Shown: piece by piece, positions 47,349-57,200 of the stretch | How positions within the stretch are numbered: position 1 is the stretch's first letter | How the letters are laid out: every line of letters begins with the position of its first letter | From: Dehalococcoidia bacterium | Lineage (GTDB): Bacteria; Chloroflexota; Dehalococcoidia; UBA2979 | Direction: 5' to 3' | Length of the DNA stretch: 64,000 bases | Assembly (NCBI GenBank): GCA_965219085.1 | Contig: OZ244720.1 | Coordinates: 256,001-320,000, forward strand | The notes under the pieces: model-generated | What the model was told of the DNA's origin: nothing | Database searches by the model: none | The model's input: only the letters and a program-made list of their open reading frames with translations | Translations under genes and position numbers: made by a program

Positions 47349-50300
47349 TGCCAGAGCACCGACCGCACGTCCCCGTCCGGGTCGCTGATGGTCGCCCTGA
47401 GCACGGTTCCAACCCGGGCCTGAGCGGGCCCCAGCGAAACGGCGCCCGCTTCCTCGACGTTGGTGACCGTGATCGTCACGTCGATGGTGTCGCTCAGCCC
47501 GTGGGTGTCCGTGGCGGTCAGCGCGACGGAGTAGCTGGACGCGGTCTCGTAGTCGAGGGTGGCCCTCGTTCGCAGCTGACCCGTCGAGGCCACGATCGCG
47601 AAGGAGCCCGCGTCGGGTCCGCCCAGCGAGTACCTCAGCGAGTCGCCGCTGTCGGGATCCGTGGCGACGAGCGGTTCGCCGATGTCCTGGCCCGAGGCGG
47701 TGTTCTCAGGGATGGTGCGGGCGCCGGTCTCGGTGTCCGGGAAGGATGGTGAGATCGACTGCAGCGTGAACGCGAGGCTCGCGATCCGCCTGGTCGTGAA
47801 CCTGCCCGTCCCGCGGATGCTGTGGATGACGCCGCGCGGGCTGGTGTCGACGCTGGGGCTGAGCGAGAAGTCATTGCCCTCCTCGCTGCCGGCATCCCAC
47901 GGGAAGAGGTCCACCTCGTGCGAGGGGAGCCAGCGGCCGGAGGAGTCGAGCAGCAGCAGCCCGGAGACGCCCACGAACCAGTCGTGGCTCGGCGCGATCA
48001 TCGTCGTGAGCGTGACCCGCGGGAACTCGGTCGTGAGCGTGCGGTTGCTCACCGTCTTCAAGCCAGTCGGACTGATGTTGCCGGACGGGCTGATGACGGC
48101 GAGGGCCGTCGCCGGGCTGGCGTCGATCGCCGTATTGACCTCGCTGCGGAGTTGAGCCGTCTGTCCAACTTCCGCCATCGACTCGATTCCGGCGCTCGCC
48201 GCCTCTCCGCTCACGAGGAAGGTGACGCCGGCGTTGTGCACCCCGCCGATCAGGCGTGAGAAGTGCGCGCCGCCGGGTCGGCCGTCCGGCGTGACAGTCG
48301 TCGTCCAGTGGCCCCGGAACCGGATGGTGTAGATGGCGGTCGAGGCGAACGGCGCGACAGGGTCGCTCGCCGGCGGGGTGAGCGACAGGTCCTGCTCGGT
48401 GCGCGTCACGGTGACGCTGTAGGTCTCCGTCGCCAGGCCGTCCTGCGCCGTGACCTCGACCCGGATCACGTTCTCGCCGGCCGACAGGTCGACCTGGAAG
48501 CCCGCGGCGCCGGCGGCGTCGGTGCGGGTGTTGCCGCTGCCGTCGAGGAACTCAGAGGCGGCGTTGCCGTCGCTTGTGGTCGCGGCGATCGTGACCTGCA
48601 TCACCGTGTACCCGACCGATGCCGTGTACGAGGTCACGCCGCTGCTGAACGCGGGGCTCAGCCGCACGCCGGTCAGTGTCAGCGCGCCGAGCGTGGCGTC
48701 GTCGGAGAGCGCCGTCGTACCCGTCCGGGATGCCGACCACGGTCCCCAGCCGGAGGCGTTGACGGCGCGCACCTGCACGTCGTACTGCGTGCCGACCTCG
48801 AGTCCCGTCACCGTGGCCGTGAGGTCGCCGGAGGTCCACACAGCCGACCGGACGGTCCAGTTCGTCTCCACCGTGTCGTCGGCGCTGGTCTCGATGTACC
48901 GCAGGTCGTAGGACGTGACGGCCGCGTCTCCGTCCGTGGCGGGCGCGCTCCACCCGGCGGTGAGCCCCGACGCGACGCCGGCCAGCGAGTCGATCGCCGG
49001 GGCGCCGGGCCGTGTCGTGCCGACGCTGGTGGCGGACCAGGCGCCCTCGCCCGCGCCGTTGACCGCGCGCACCTGCACGTCGTACTGCGTGCCGCTGTCG
49101 AGACCCGTGACTTCATGCTCCAGGTCCGGGCCGCCGGAGCTCCACACCTCCGTCTCGACGGTCCAGTTGGCGTCCATCGTCTCGTCCTCGCCGGTCTTGA
49201 TGTGGCGCAGGTCGTAGGACGTGATCTCGTCCCCGCCGTCGCTGGCGGGCTCGCTCCACCCGACGGTGAGCGAGCCGCCTGCCCCGGTGACCGCGTCGAT
49301 CGTCGGAGCGCCGGGTGTGGTGCGCGGTGTGGCGGTGCGGACGCCCGACCAGGCGTGCTGGTCGGTCCCCACGACCGCCCGCACCTGCACGTCGTAGGAG
49401 ACCCCGTTGTCGAGGCTCGGCGTCGGGTTGAGCGTGTAGTCGAGCGAGCCGGAGGTCCAGATCGACGTGGTCACAGTCCAGCGCGCGTCTGCCTTGTCCG
49501 AAGCGTCGCTGCGGATATGGCGCAGGTCGTACGAGGTGACGGTTCCCATGGTGGTGCTGGTGGGCGCGGTCCACTCGATGGCGAGCGAGCGGTCGCCGGG
49601 GGTGACCGAGTCGGTGGTCGGGGCCTTGTCCGTCGTCGGGGTGCCGACACCGGTGGCGGACCAGAGGCCGTCGCCGCTGGCGTTGACCGCACGCACCTGT
49701 ACGTCGTACTGCACGTTCCCGGTCAGCCCACTGATGGTGTACTCGATGTCACCGCTGGTCCATGCGTTGTCCACGAGCGTCCACTCGCTGTGGGACTTGT
49801 CGGCTACGTCGCTGCGGATGGAACGCACGTCGTAGGCGGTGATGTCGGACGCCCCCGTGTTGCTCGGGGCGGTCCAGGTGACGGTGAGCGACTCGCTCCC
49901 GTCCTCGACCGAGTCGATGGCGGGGGCTGCGGGGGTCGACCTGTGGCCATATACCGTGAGGCTCCACGAGTTGAGTCTGGCGACCGCCTCGCCGTCCACG
50001 TGGTCCGCGATGCGCAGCGTCCAGACGCCGCCCGGATCCTCGCCAAGGTGTTTGGCCGATCCGAAGCGCACGAAGCGGTCCAGGTCGCACTGGCCCGGGA
50101 GGATGCCAAACAACGAGGTGCACTCCCCGCTGCCAACGAGGTAGTGCGGGGACAGCACGGAGACCTCGCCCGATGGCGACTCCAGTTCTATCTGCAGGTC
50201 CCTGAACCACGCGGCCGTGAGGGAGAGACGAATCGAGACGAATTCGGTGAACTGCACCCGGGCGCCCATGGTGATGCTGCTGGTGACCGTGGTCGGCGTG

Positions 50301-52849
50301 CCCGAGGAGGGCAGGTCGGGGACCGCCAGGCTGATGTCGCCCGACGCCTGCGTTTCCTCGATGAACAGCGGAAGGCTGGTCCAGCCGGCCGCCAGGTCCA
50401 TCGCCTCCCCGGCGTCGACCACGCCGAAGCCGTATTCGTGGTTGAACGTGTAGCGCTGGGTCGCGGAGCCGTACCGGAGGGCGCCCTCCTCCCAGCCGGT
50501 ATTCGATGGGTCGTTCTTCCGGGCGGAGCCCGCCAGGATGAGCTTGACGTCGCGCCAGGTCAGGTCGGTGTAGGCACCCCGCAGGAGCGCGGCCACCCCG
50601 GACACGATGGCGGCCGTGGAAGAGGTCCCGCCGTAGTTGTTCCGGTAGCGGCCGAAGTTGGCGGTGGTGGTGATGGCCGCTGGCAGGTAGCTGGCGCCGG
50701 AAGGCGCGCATACCCACAGGTTGGCGCCCTGTTCGGAGTAGTGCCACCGGACACCCCGATCCGTGACCGCACAGGCGGCCGTAGCGGTGTAGTGGTTCCG
50801 GAATCCGCTCAGGTTGGAGTTGGCGCCGACCACCGCGTCGTTGCCGCCGGACCGCACATACAACACCCCCTTGCCGCCGTAGCCCTCCGTGACCCCTCGC
50901 ACCACCGCCCTTTCCCAGCCCGAGGGCGCCGTGGCATACCCGGGACCCTCGGTTACCGACCAGCTGTTGTTGCTGATGGCCGTGGTCTCCATCCCCCGCG
51001 TCATCGCGTCCGCCGCATTGGCATGGTTGTAGTCGTCGATGAGGTTGTAGACATAGATCTGGGCGCGGGGCGCGACCCCCCGAACGCCGATGCCGTTGTC
51101 CCGCGCGGCGATGAGGCCGGCGGCGCCGGTGCCGTGGGTATTTCCGGGATTGAACACGGCTGCGCCGCCGTAGCCGTAGTTGCGGTCCGCAATCACGTTG
51201 GGCGCCAGGTCCGGGTGCCCGGCGTCAAAGCCGTCGTCGACCAGGGCCACGGTGGCGCCGGCCCCGAGGTGGCCGGCCGCCCACACCTCCCGGACGTTGA
51301 TGTCCTCGCCCGGCGTCCCGCCCAGCTGTCCGGTGTTGTCCAGGTGCCACTGGCACCCGGAGAGGGGGTCGCTCAGGGGGTCGCTCAGGGACGCGGTGAG
51401 CGCCGTGCACCCGTCGAAGAATTCGCCGTAGACGTAGTCCTCCCACATGCGCAGCCCGTAACGCCCCGACGTGGGCCCGGAGCTGCCGGGCAAACGCGTG
51501 ACCTTGATGTAGTACGTTCCCGCGTCGAGGCGGTCGCGGAGCGTGAACCCGACGGGCGCGCTGATCCTGTACCTGCTCTCGAAGATGTTCGCGTCAACGG
51601 GGTTGGCGTCGGCGTCCAGCAACTCCCCGGCGATGGCGACGGCGGAGCCCGAGGCGCCGATGACGACATGGGTCGCCTGGGCGAGCTCAATGCGGAAGTA
51701 GTCGACGTCGTCCGCCGGGCTGATGGTTCCCGCTTTCGGGAACAGCGGGACGAGAGGCTCCGCCGCCTCGGTGCTGCTTCCCGGCTCGGCGGCCCGGTTC
51801 ACGTGGAGCGTGTAGGCGCCGGTTGCGTCAAGGTAGCCGTCAACCTCCACGTAGTAGGTCCCCGGGCTCAGGTTCGCACGTACGAAGAAGATGTTGCCCC
51901 CCACGGGGAATCTCTCAACGTTTGGGGGCCGCCCGCTCCCGCTCAGCCAGAGGTCGCCCGACGTGTGCGCGGGGCCGGTCGTGTGCACCAGCAGAATGGT
52001 GTGCGCGGTCAGCGTGATCCGGAACCAGTCCTTGTCGGTCTCCTCCAGATCGATAATCCCCCTGGCGAAGCCGCCGACCTCGATGTCCTGGGCATCGGAC
52101 CGCGCCGTGGAGTCGGCGATGGTCGTCGTTCCCAGAACGTAGGCGCCCGTGGCGCCATCGCTGCCCGTGACCTTGACGTAGTAGGTCCCAGCCTGGAGGG
52201 AGCCCCAGAGGAGGAAGTTGTGGCGCCCGTGCAGCTCGTCCCCTTCGTCGTTCTCGCTGAGCAGCACCCCGTCCGCGTCCAGCAGCTGTCCCACCGTGTC
52301 GAGGTCGCCCCGGGTGTAGACGATGATGCCGGTCGCCGCCGTCAGCTCGAGCGTGAAGTAGTCGACGTCGGTCCCGGACTCGATCACCCCGCCCATGCGC
52401 GTGGTCAGCGGCAGCGTGGTCGCTGTCTCCAGCGTGCCGCCGTGCTCGGCGGGAGTCCCCGTGGCGGTCGCCGACCAGGCGCCGTCGGTCGCGGCCACGG
52501 CCCGCACCTGCACGTCGTAGCCCGTGCCGTTGGTCAGTCCGGCGAGCACGCCGTGGAGGCTCCCGGAGGTCCAGAAGCCCTCCACGACCGTCCAGTTGGC
52601 GTCCGCCTTGTCCGGGGCCGCGCTCTCGATGTAGCGCAGGTCGTAGGCGGTGATGCCCGTCACGCCGGTGGGCGCGGTCCAGGCCACGCTGAGCGAGCCG
52701 TCGGCCGGGGTAATCGACTCGATCGTGGGGGCGGCGACGGACGTCTGTGCCCCTGCTCCGCCGCTCTCGATCACGAGCGACAGCAGCACGGCCAACAGAG
52801 CGCAGCCCCTTGCAAGCGGCAACCCGGCGCAGCGCGGCATGCTCCTCAT
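47027..52849 (-). CDS. Giant surface protein A, 5' half: signal peptide, FN3, PPC-like repeats, S8 peptidase + P-domain, 4x FN3, cadherin-like, spondin-N, cadherin
   Basis: Triad VDDG / HGT / GGTSS and oxyanion GGND; WTLRIAD P-domain; YDVQVRAVN FN3 repeats; MIAPSHDWFVGV...DAGSE spondin; frame breaks after VLWQWQRSS. Confidence 0.87.
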   Translation of the reverse strand: MRSMPRCAGLPLARGCALLAVLLSLVIESGGAGAQTSVAAPTIESITPADGSLSVAWTAPTGVTGITAYDLRYIESAAPDKADANWTVVEGFWTSGSLHGVLAGLTNGTGYDVQVRAVAATDGAWSATATGTPAEHGGTLETATTLPLTTRMGGVIESGTDVDYFTLELTAATGIIVYTRGDLDTVGQLLDADGVLLSENDEGDELHGRHNFLLWGSLQAGTYYVKVTGSDGATGAYVLGTTTIADSTARSDAQDIEVGGFARGIIDLEETDKDWFRITLTAHTILLVHTTGPAHTSGDLWLSGSGRPPNVERFPVGGNIFFVRANLSPGTYYVEVDGYLDATGAYTLHVNRAAEPGSSTEAAEPLVPLFPKAGTISPADDVDYFRIELAQATHVVIGASGSAVAIAGELLDADANPVDANIFESRYRISAPVGFTLRDRLDAGTYYIKVTRLPGSSGPTSGRYGLRMWEDYVYGEFFDGCTALTASLSDPLSDPLSGCQWHLDNTGQLGGTPGEDINVREVWAAGHLGAGATVALVDDGFDAGHPDLAPNVIADRNYGYGGAAVFNPGNTHGTGAAGLIAARDNGIGVRGVAPRAQIYVYNLIDDYNHANAADAMTRGMETTAISNNSWSVTEGPGYATAPSGWERAVVRGVTEGYGGKGVLYVRSGGNDAVVGANSNLSGFRNHYTATAACAVTDRGVRWHYSEQGANLWVCAPSGASYLPAAITTTANFGRYRNNYGGTSSTAAIVSGVAALLRGAYTDLTWRDVKLILAGSARKNDPSNTGWEEGALRYGSATQRYTFNHEYGFGVVDAGEAMDLAAGWTSLPLFIEETQASGDISLAVPDLPSSGTPTTVTSSITMGARVQFTEFVSIRLSLTAAWFRDLQIELESPSGEVSVLSPHYLVGSGECTSLFGILPGQCDLDRFVRFGSAKHLGEDPGGVWTLRIADHVDGEAVARLNSWSLTVYGHRSTPAAPAIDSVEDGSESLTVTWTAPSNTGASDITAYDVRSIRSDVADKSHSEWTLVDNAWTSGDIEYTISGLTGNVQYDVQVRAVNASGDGLWSATGVGTPTTDKAPTTDSVTPGDRSLAIEWTAPTSTTMGTVTSYDLRHIRSDASDKADARWTVTTSIWTSGSLDYTLNPTPSLDNGVSYDVQVRAVVGTDQHAWSGVRTATPRTTPGAPTIDAVTGAGGSLTVGWSEPASDGGDEITSYDLRHIKTGEDETMDANWTVETEVWSSGGPDLEHEVTGLDSGTQYDVQVRAVNGAGEGAWSATSVGTTRPGAPAIDSLAGVASGLTAGWSAPATDGDAAVTSYDLRYIETSADDTVETNWTVRSAVWTSGDLTATVTGLEVGTQYDVQVRAVNASGWGPWSASRTGTTALSDDATLGALTLTGVRLSPAFSSGVTSYTASVGYTVMQVTIAATTSDGNAASEFLDGSGNTRTDAAGAAGFQVDLSAGENVIRVEVTAQDGLATETYSVTVTRTEQDLSLTPPASDPVAPFASTAIYTIRFRGHWTTTVTPDGRPGGAHFSRLIGGVHNAGVTFLVSGEAASAGIESMAEVGQTAQLRSEVNTAIDASPATALAVISPSGNISPTGLKTVSNRTLTTEFPRVTLTTMIAPSHDWFVGVSGLLLLDSSGRWLPSHEVDLFPWDAGSEEGNDFSLSPSVDTSPRGVIHSIRGTGRFTTRRIASLAFTLQSISPSFPDTETGARTIPENTASGQDIGEPLVATDPDSGDSLRYSLGGPDAGSFAIVASTGQLRTRATLDYETASSYSVALTATDTHGLSDTIDVTITVTNVEEAGAVSLGPAQARVGTVLRATISDPDGDVRSVLWQWQRSSGPTGRALPVAAQATRRRAATRGCTSGPVRPMRTERAPARAPRPNRASRSARVRPRPGSPLSRSSPASAFPGISPSRPTGRCCSRSAAERSRPGSPTARSRP

Positions 52850-53178
52850 GGGTTCAGCCGCAGCCCCTGATCGCGGCTCGCTTTGGGCTCCCGACGGGGA
52901 CTGGAACGCACCACCACGTCCTTGTCCCGCCCCGGGTTCGGCAAGCTTTGGCGCGAGTGGCGGCCGCGGTAGCGGTCAGCTCCTGGCTTGGGCCTGGACA
53001 ACTCAGGGGATGAACACCAGGCCGGCGAGGGCCGCCAGTCCGGTGAGCACCAGCGGGAGCGGCGCAAGGCGCAAGGACGCCGGGAGCCGATCATGACTCA
53101 CCCCGGTCAGGACCGGGACAAGCATCGGGGGCGGGCGCCAGTTCGGCCGTTGCCGCAATGGGCAAGCGCAGCCCCGCG

Positions 53179-53413
53179 GCGTTCGCTTCAGGCACCAGGA
53201 ACTGGTCCGCCAAGCGCAAGGTCGATGCTTCCCCGTTGCGGCCCGGAATGGGGACGGCCGCCATCCGCCGCAGGACGATCTTGTCGCGATTCCCGTTACA
53301 TCTTCACGATCTCTCGACCTAGCTCGTAAGTGCCGAGCGACACAACGGAGAGGCAAGTTTGTTTGCTCCGGGGTGAGCCCTTCTGCAACCGGGACAGGTA
53401 CGTTTGCTCTGGC
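53179..53413 (-). promoter_or_regulatory. Conserved non-coding leader, copy 1 (upstream of giant gene A)
   Basis: Aligns with 60828-61056, sharing ccaggaactggtc, ctcgtaagtgccgagcgRcacaa, tttgtttgc, caggtac. Confidence 0.6.
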
Positions 53414-53532
53414 GGTCGCTTCGCGCTACGGCCGCCGGGTCATGCACGCACAGCCAACCTGCACGACTTGCATCCTTTGCGCCGACTTACTCTGTGGGTG
53501 CATACAGGTTGTTCCGGTAGGCCAATGAAGAC

Positions 53533-53647
53533 GAGCCTTTGCTGGACCGCTCCGGCGGAGGACGCCGACCTGCACGGGTTGGGTCTGGCCGATGCGCCAT
53601 GTACGTCGCCGACGCGAGCGACGACAAGGTCTACAGCTACAACATGC
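53533..53647. repeat. Patchwork of three short segments copied from elsewhere in the island
   Basis: 53533-53569 = revcomp of 54008-54044 (36/37); 53566-53599 = 61953-61986 (33/34); 53599-53647 = revcomp of 43172-43220 (49/49). Confidence 0.85.
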
Positions 53648-53814
53648 GCGGGTGCACTGGATACGGTGACCGTCGCCTGCTTCCGCGGCGTGCCAGACGG
53701 TCGTCCGGAGCCACGAGGTCGAGTTTCGTCTGCTTCAACGGGCCTCGATAAACATCAAGGGCCACTTCGCTGCCATCAGCGAGAACCACCAGGCGTGTGC
53801 CCGCGAACAGGGTC

Positions 53815-54215
53815 GACCGATGTCTTGTTCGACTGCTGTTGGCCCTTCACCCCGTCGCGCAGGGCGATCACGCGGTAGGCGTAGTTCACCCCGGCCTCGG
53901 TCGCGGTAACGTCCGTGTATGCGGTCGCGGTGGACCGGGTGTCGGCCACGAGGGTGGTCAGTTCGCCCTCGCCCACCGCGCGCAGGATCTCGTAGCCGCT
54001 TGACGCTGTCAGCGTCCTCCGCCGGAGCGGTCCAGCAAAGGCTCACGCCGCGGTCTTCGGCAAGCGTGGCGGTTACCCGATACCGGCAGCACTCCCCACA
54101 GCGCAAACGCGAAAGCGAGCGCACCCAGGACCGCCGTGATCGCGGTCGCGCGCAGGGACCGCCTCCGGCCTGCGTTCCGGGCAGCTCGTGCGGCGGCATG
54201 CCGGCTAGTGGTCAT
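53815..54215 (-). pseudogene. Remnant of a paralog of giant protein B (signal peptide plus one FN3 domain)
   Basis: MTTSRH...LRATAITAVLGALAFAFALWGVLPVSG resembles the protein B N-terminus; then frameshifted VSLCWTAP..YEILR..TATAYTD..YAYRVIALR. Confidence 0.75.
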
Positions 54216-54269
54216 GCTGCGCTACTCGATTGAATTGCGCGCTAGTGAAGCTCTGCCTGTCAGACATGG

Positions 54270-57200
54270 TCAGCTCGATGCCCGCGTGATCGCGATGGTG
54301 TAGGCCTGCGTCGTGACGCCGTCGGCGGCGGTGACGGTGACGGTGATCGTGGTCGTCGAACCCGCTGTCAGATTCACCTGGTGGCCGTCGCTCGAGCTGC
54401 CGGCGTCGGTGGGCGAGATCACCACCGTCGCCTGGGTGTTGGTCGCGCCCGTCGTGACCGTGGTCGAGGCCACGTCGTTGTCGACCGAGAGCGTGTAGCT
54501 GACCGTGTCACGGTCGAATTCGAGGTCGATCCCGCTGAGCTCGAGACTGAGAAGTTTCGCGTTGGTCTTCCAGGGGGAGTCGAACGCCGGCGTGTCGATC
54601 TCGGCGCCGTCGTAGCCCCAGCACGTAATCGTGCTGTCGGTCCGCAAGGCGCAGGCATGGGGATACCAGTCGATCGAGACGGTCTCGAAATCCGTCGCGG
54701 TCAGCCCGCTCAAACTCGTCAGGAGCGTGCCGGGGCCGCCGCCGTGGCGCGTCCAACACTTGATTTGGCCCGTCTCTGTGACGCCGCAGGTTCGCGTGTA
54801 GTGCACCTGAAGGTGCTGGAACTTGTCAGTGGGGGCTGCTTGCTCGTCCTCCGTGTAACTGGTGTTCTCGGCGGAATCTTGCCCCGTCGTCGCGGCGAAC
54901 TTGTTCTGCAGCGAGTGATCTCCGTATCGCCAACACAACACGGTGCCATCGACATCCGGGTCTGTGGCATCCGAACGAATCCCGCACACTCGATATCCGC
55001 CGACCTGTAGGAACTTGAACGTGCCCGTTGGCACGGCGCGAGCCCCGTGATTGCTCCAACACACGGCTTCGTCGTCGTTGTCGATGGCGCAGGCGATGTA
55101 GCTGCCGACGCTGATTGAGGTGTAGGTACCTGACGACGGCGGTCCGGCCATGCCGGCCCCGCAATCGACGGTGCCATCGGCGTTCAGCCAGCAGACTCCA
55201 TCGAGGTTGTTGGTGTTGACCTGTTGCTTGGGACCAGAACCATCCGGCTGGTAGTCGCGCTCCCAACAGGTTGCGGAGCCGTCGTCACGGATGGCGCAGG
55301 TGCGGTCGAATCCAGCGATGACCTGGGTGAAGATGCCCTCAGGTGTGTCCGCTTGCCTGGCACACACCCAGCGCCCGTCATACGGACCGCCTTCGCAGCG
55401 CTCCTTCAGATTTTCCATCTCGCCCCAGCACTCCAGCGTGCCGTCCATGCGGAGGGCGCACGCGTGCCGCCAGCCGGCGTCGACCTGCTGGAACCCGCCG
55501 ACCGCCTCGACCACCTGCTTCACGACGACGGGGTTGTCGACCTTGACGATGGTCTTGATGGCGCCAACCAGTTGCTCGCCGTCGGAGTTGACGGAGTCGT
55601 CCGACTGAACCGACTTGGCGGTGCTGTCCGAGTTGTCGGTGGTCAAGGACAGTTCCTTGACGTGCTGGCCGGCCGTCACCGTGAGCGAGAGTTCGTAGGT
55701 GCCGGTCCAGCCGCTCTCCGCGCCGGCGGCGATGTAGTACTCGCCGTCGGTCGATGGGGTGAATGAGGCGACACGGCTGTCCTTTCCGGTGCCGTTCACC
55801 TCGGAATCGCTGCCCGCAATCAGGATGCTGTCGCCGCCGTAGACGCCGAGCAGCTTGGGATCGACCAGCGTGCCCAGGGTGACGAACGCCGGCGCGCCGT
55901 TGACCAGGACCCACTCGCCGCTCGACTTGCCCTTCATGTCGAACTGGTAGGTGACGCCGCCGACCAGCGCGACCTTGTACCAGTCGACGTCGCCTTCGGC
56001 GTCGATTTCGCCGATCACGCTGCCGCCGACTTCGAGCACGCCAGTCGTGCTCGGGTCGTGGGGCAGATCACCGTCGCTGGGCGGAGTCGTGTCGATCACC
56101 CGGACCCCGTACGTGCCGGTCCCGCGACTGCCGGAGGTAAAGTCCTCGCGACTGCGCACCACGACGTAGTAGGTGGAATCCTCGGTCGGCTGGAACTCGT
56201 AACTGCCGGTCCCGTTGCCGCCGTCGCGGTCGTGGGACAGCGCGCTGCCGTCGCTGTCGTAGACCGCCCGCAGGTAGGGCAGGCCGAGCGTGTAGTCGTT
56301 GTCGCCGTCGGCCGAACTGACCAGGTCGAGGTAGTAGGTCTTGCCGTCGCCGCCGGTCAGATCGAGCTGGAACCAGTCGTGCTCCTCCTCGGCCGTCTCA
56401 ATCGAGGCGTCCGTGGTCGTGCCCAGCGTCAGCGTGACCGGCGTCACGTCGGGGAACGTCTCGAACAGCGTTTCCTCCGGCGTCGGCGGCGCCAGCGGCG
56501 GCGGAATCTCGGGCGGCTCCTGGATCGTGAGCGAGAAGCTCCTCGTGCCGTGTCCCGGCTGGCCGCCGATTCGCACGTAGTAGGTCCCGGCTTCCTTCGG
56601 CCTGAAGGTACCGATGTTGGACTTGGCGATGATCGTGCCGTCGGACTTGTAGATCGCCCGTCGGAAGACCTCACTGCTCTTGTTCAGCGCCGTCTCGTAC
56701 TCCGTGCCGGCCTCGAGCTCGACCGAGAACCAGGCGTCGCTGTCGTTCGGCGGGAACTTGACTGTGCCGCGGATCGACTGGCCTTCGGTCGCCGACTTGG
56801 CGGAAATCTCGGCGAAGCTGTCCGCGTCGAGCGCCTCAACCTCCGTCACGGAGACCTCGTACGGGCCGATCATGCGGACGTCATCGCCGCAGCATGCGTT
56901 GTGGCCGAGGTCGATGTAGTAATCGCCCGTGCGCGTCGGCGTGAAGACGATCTCCATCGTGCGGTGACGCCAATAGTCGCCGTCCCAGCGGGTGCCGGGC
57001 AGCGGCTTGGACTCGTCACCGAAGCGAATCCCGCCAATCCCAACGACCTCGTCGATAATGTGGTCTCGCCCGAACGTGCCATGAGCGCGCAGCTTGTAGG
57101 ACTTGCCCGCTTCCATGGCGACGACGTACCAGTCGTGGTCGGACGACTTCTCGAAGAAGCCGTTGACCTTGGTGCCGTCGATGCTCAGGCGCGCGGTCGT

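Noticed and set aside
48263-52870. 1535-aa plus-strand ORF and other long antisense ORFs (e.g. 6890-8719, 22048-24024, 28249-30744, 45252-47423)
   Set aside because: Shadow frames of high-GC genes on the opposite strand; no recognisable motifs
53340-53413. GCAAAC motifs in the leader as a c-di-GMP-I riboswitch
   Set aside because: No GNRA tetraloop/receptor or second stem pattern of that family is visible
53533-53647. Spacer-sized self-matching pieces as a CRISPR array or DGR template
   Set aside because: No repeats between the pieces, no reverse transcriptase or cas gene in the window, and too few mismatches to show adenine-specific mutagenesis
53533-54044. 37-bp inverted repeats as ends of a MITE or invertible segment
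   Set aside because: The right copy is an internal part of the FN3 coding remnant, continuous on both sides; no target duplication or recombinase is evident
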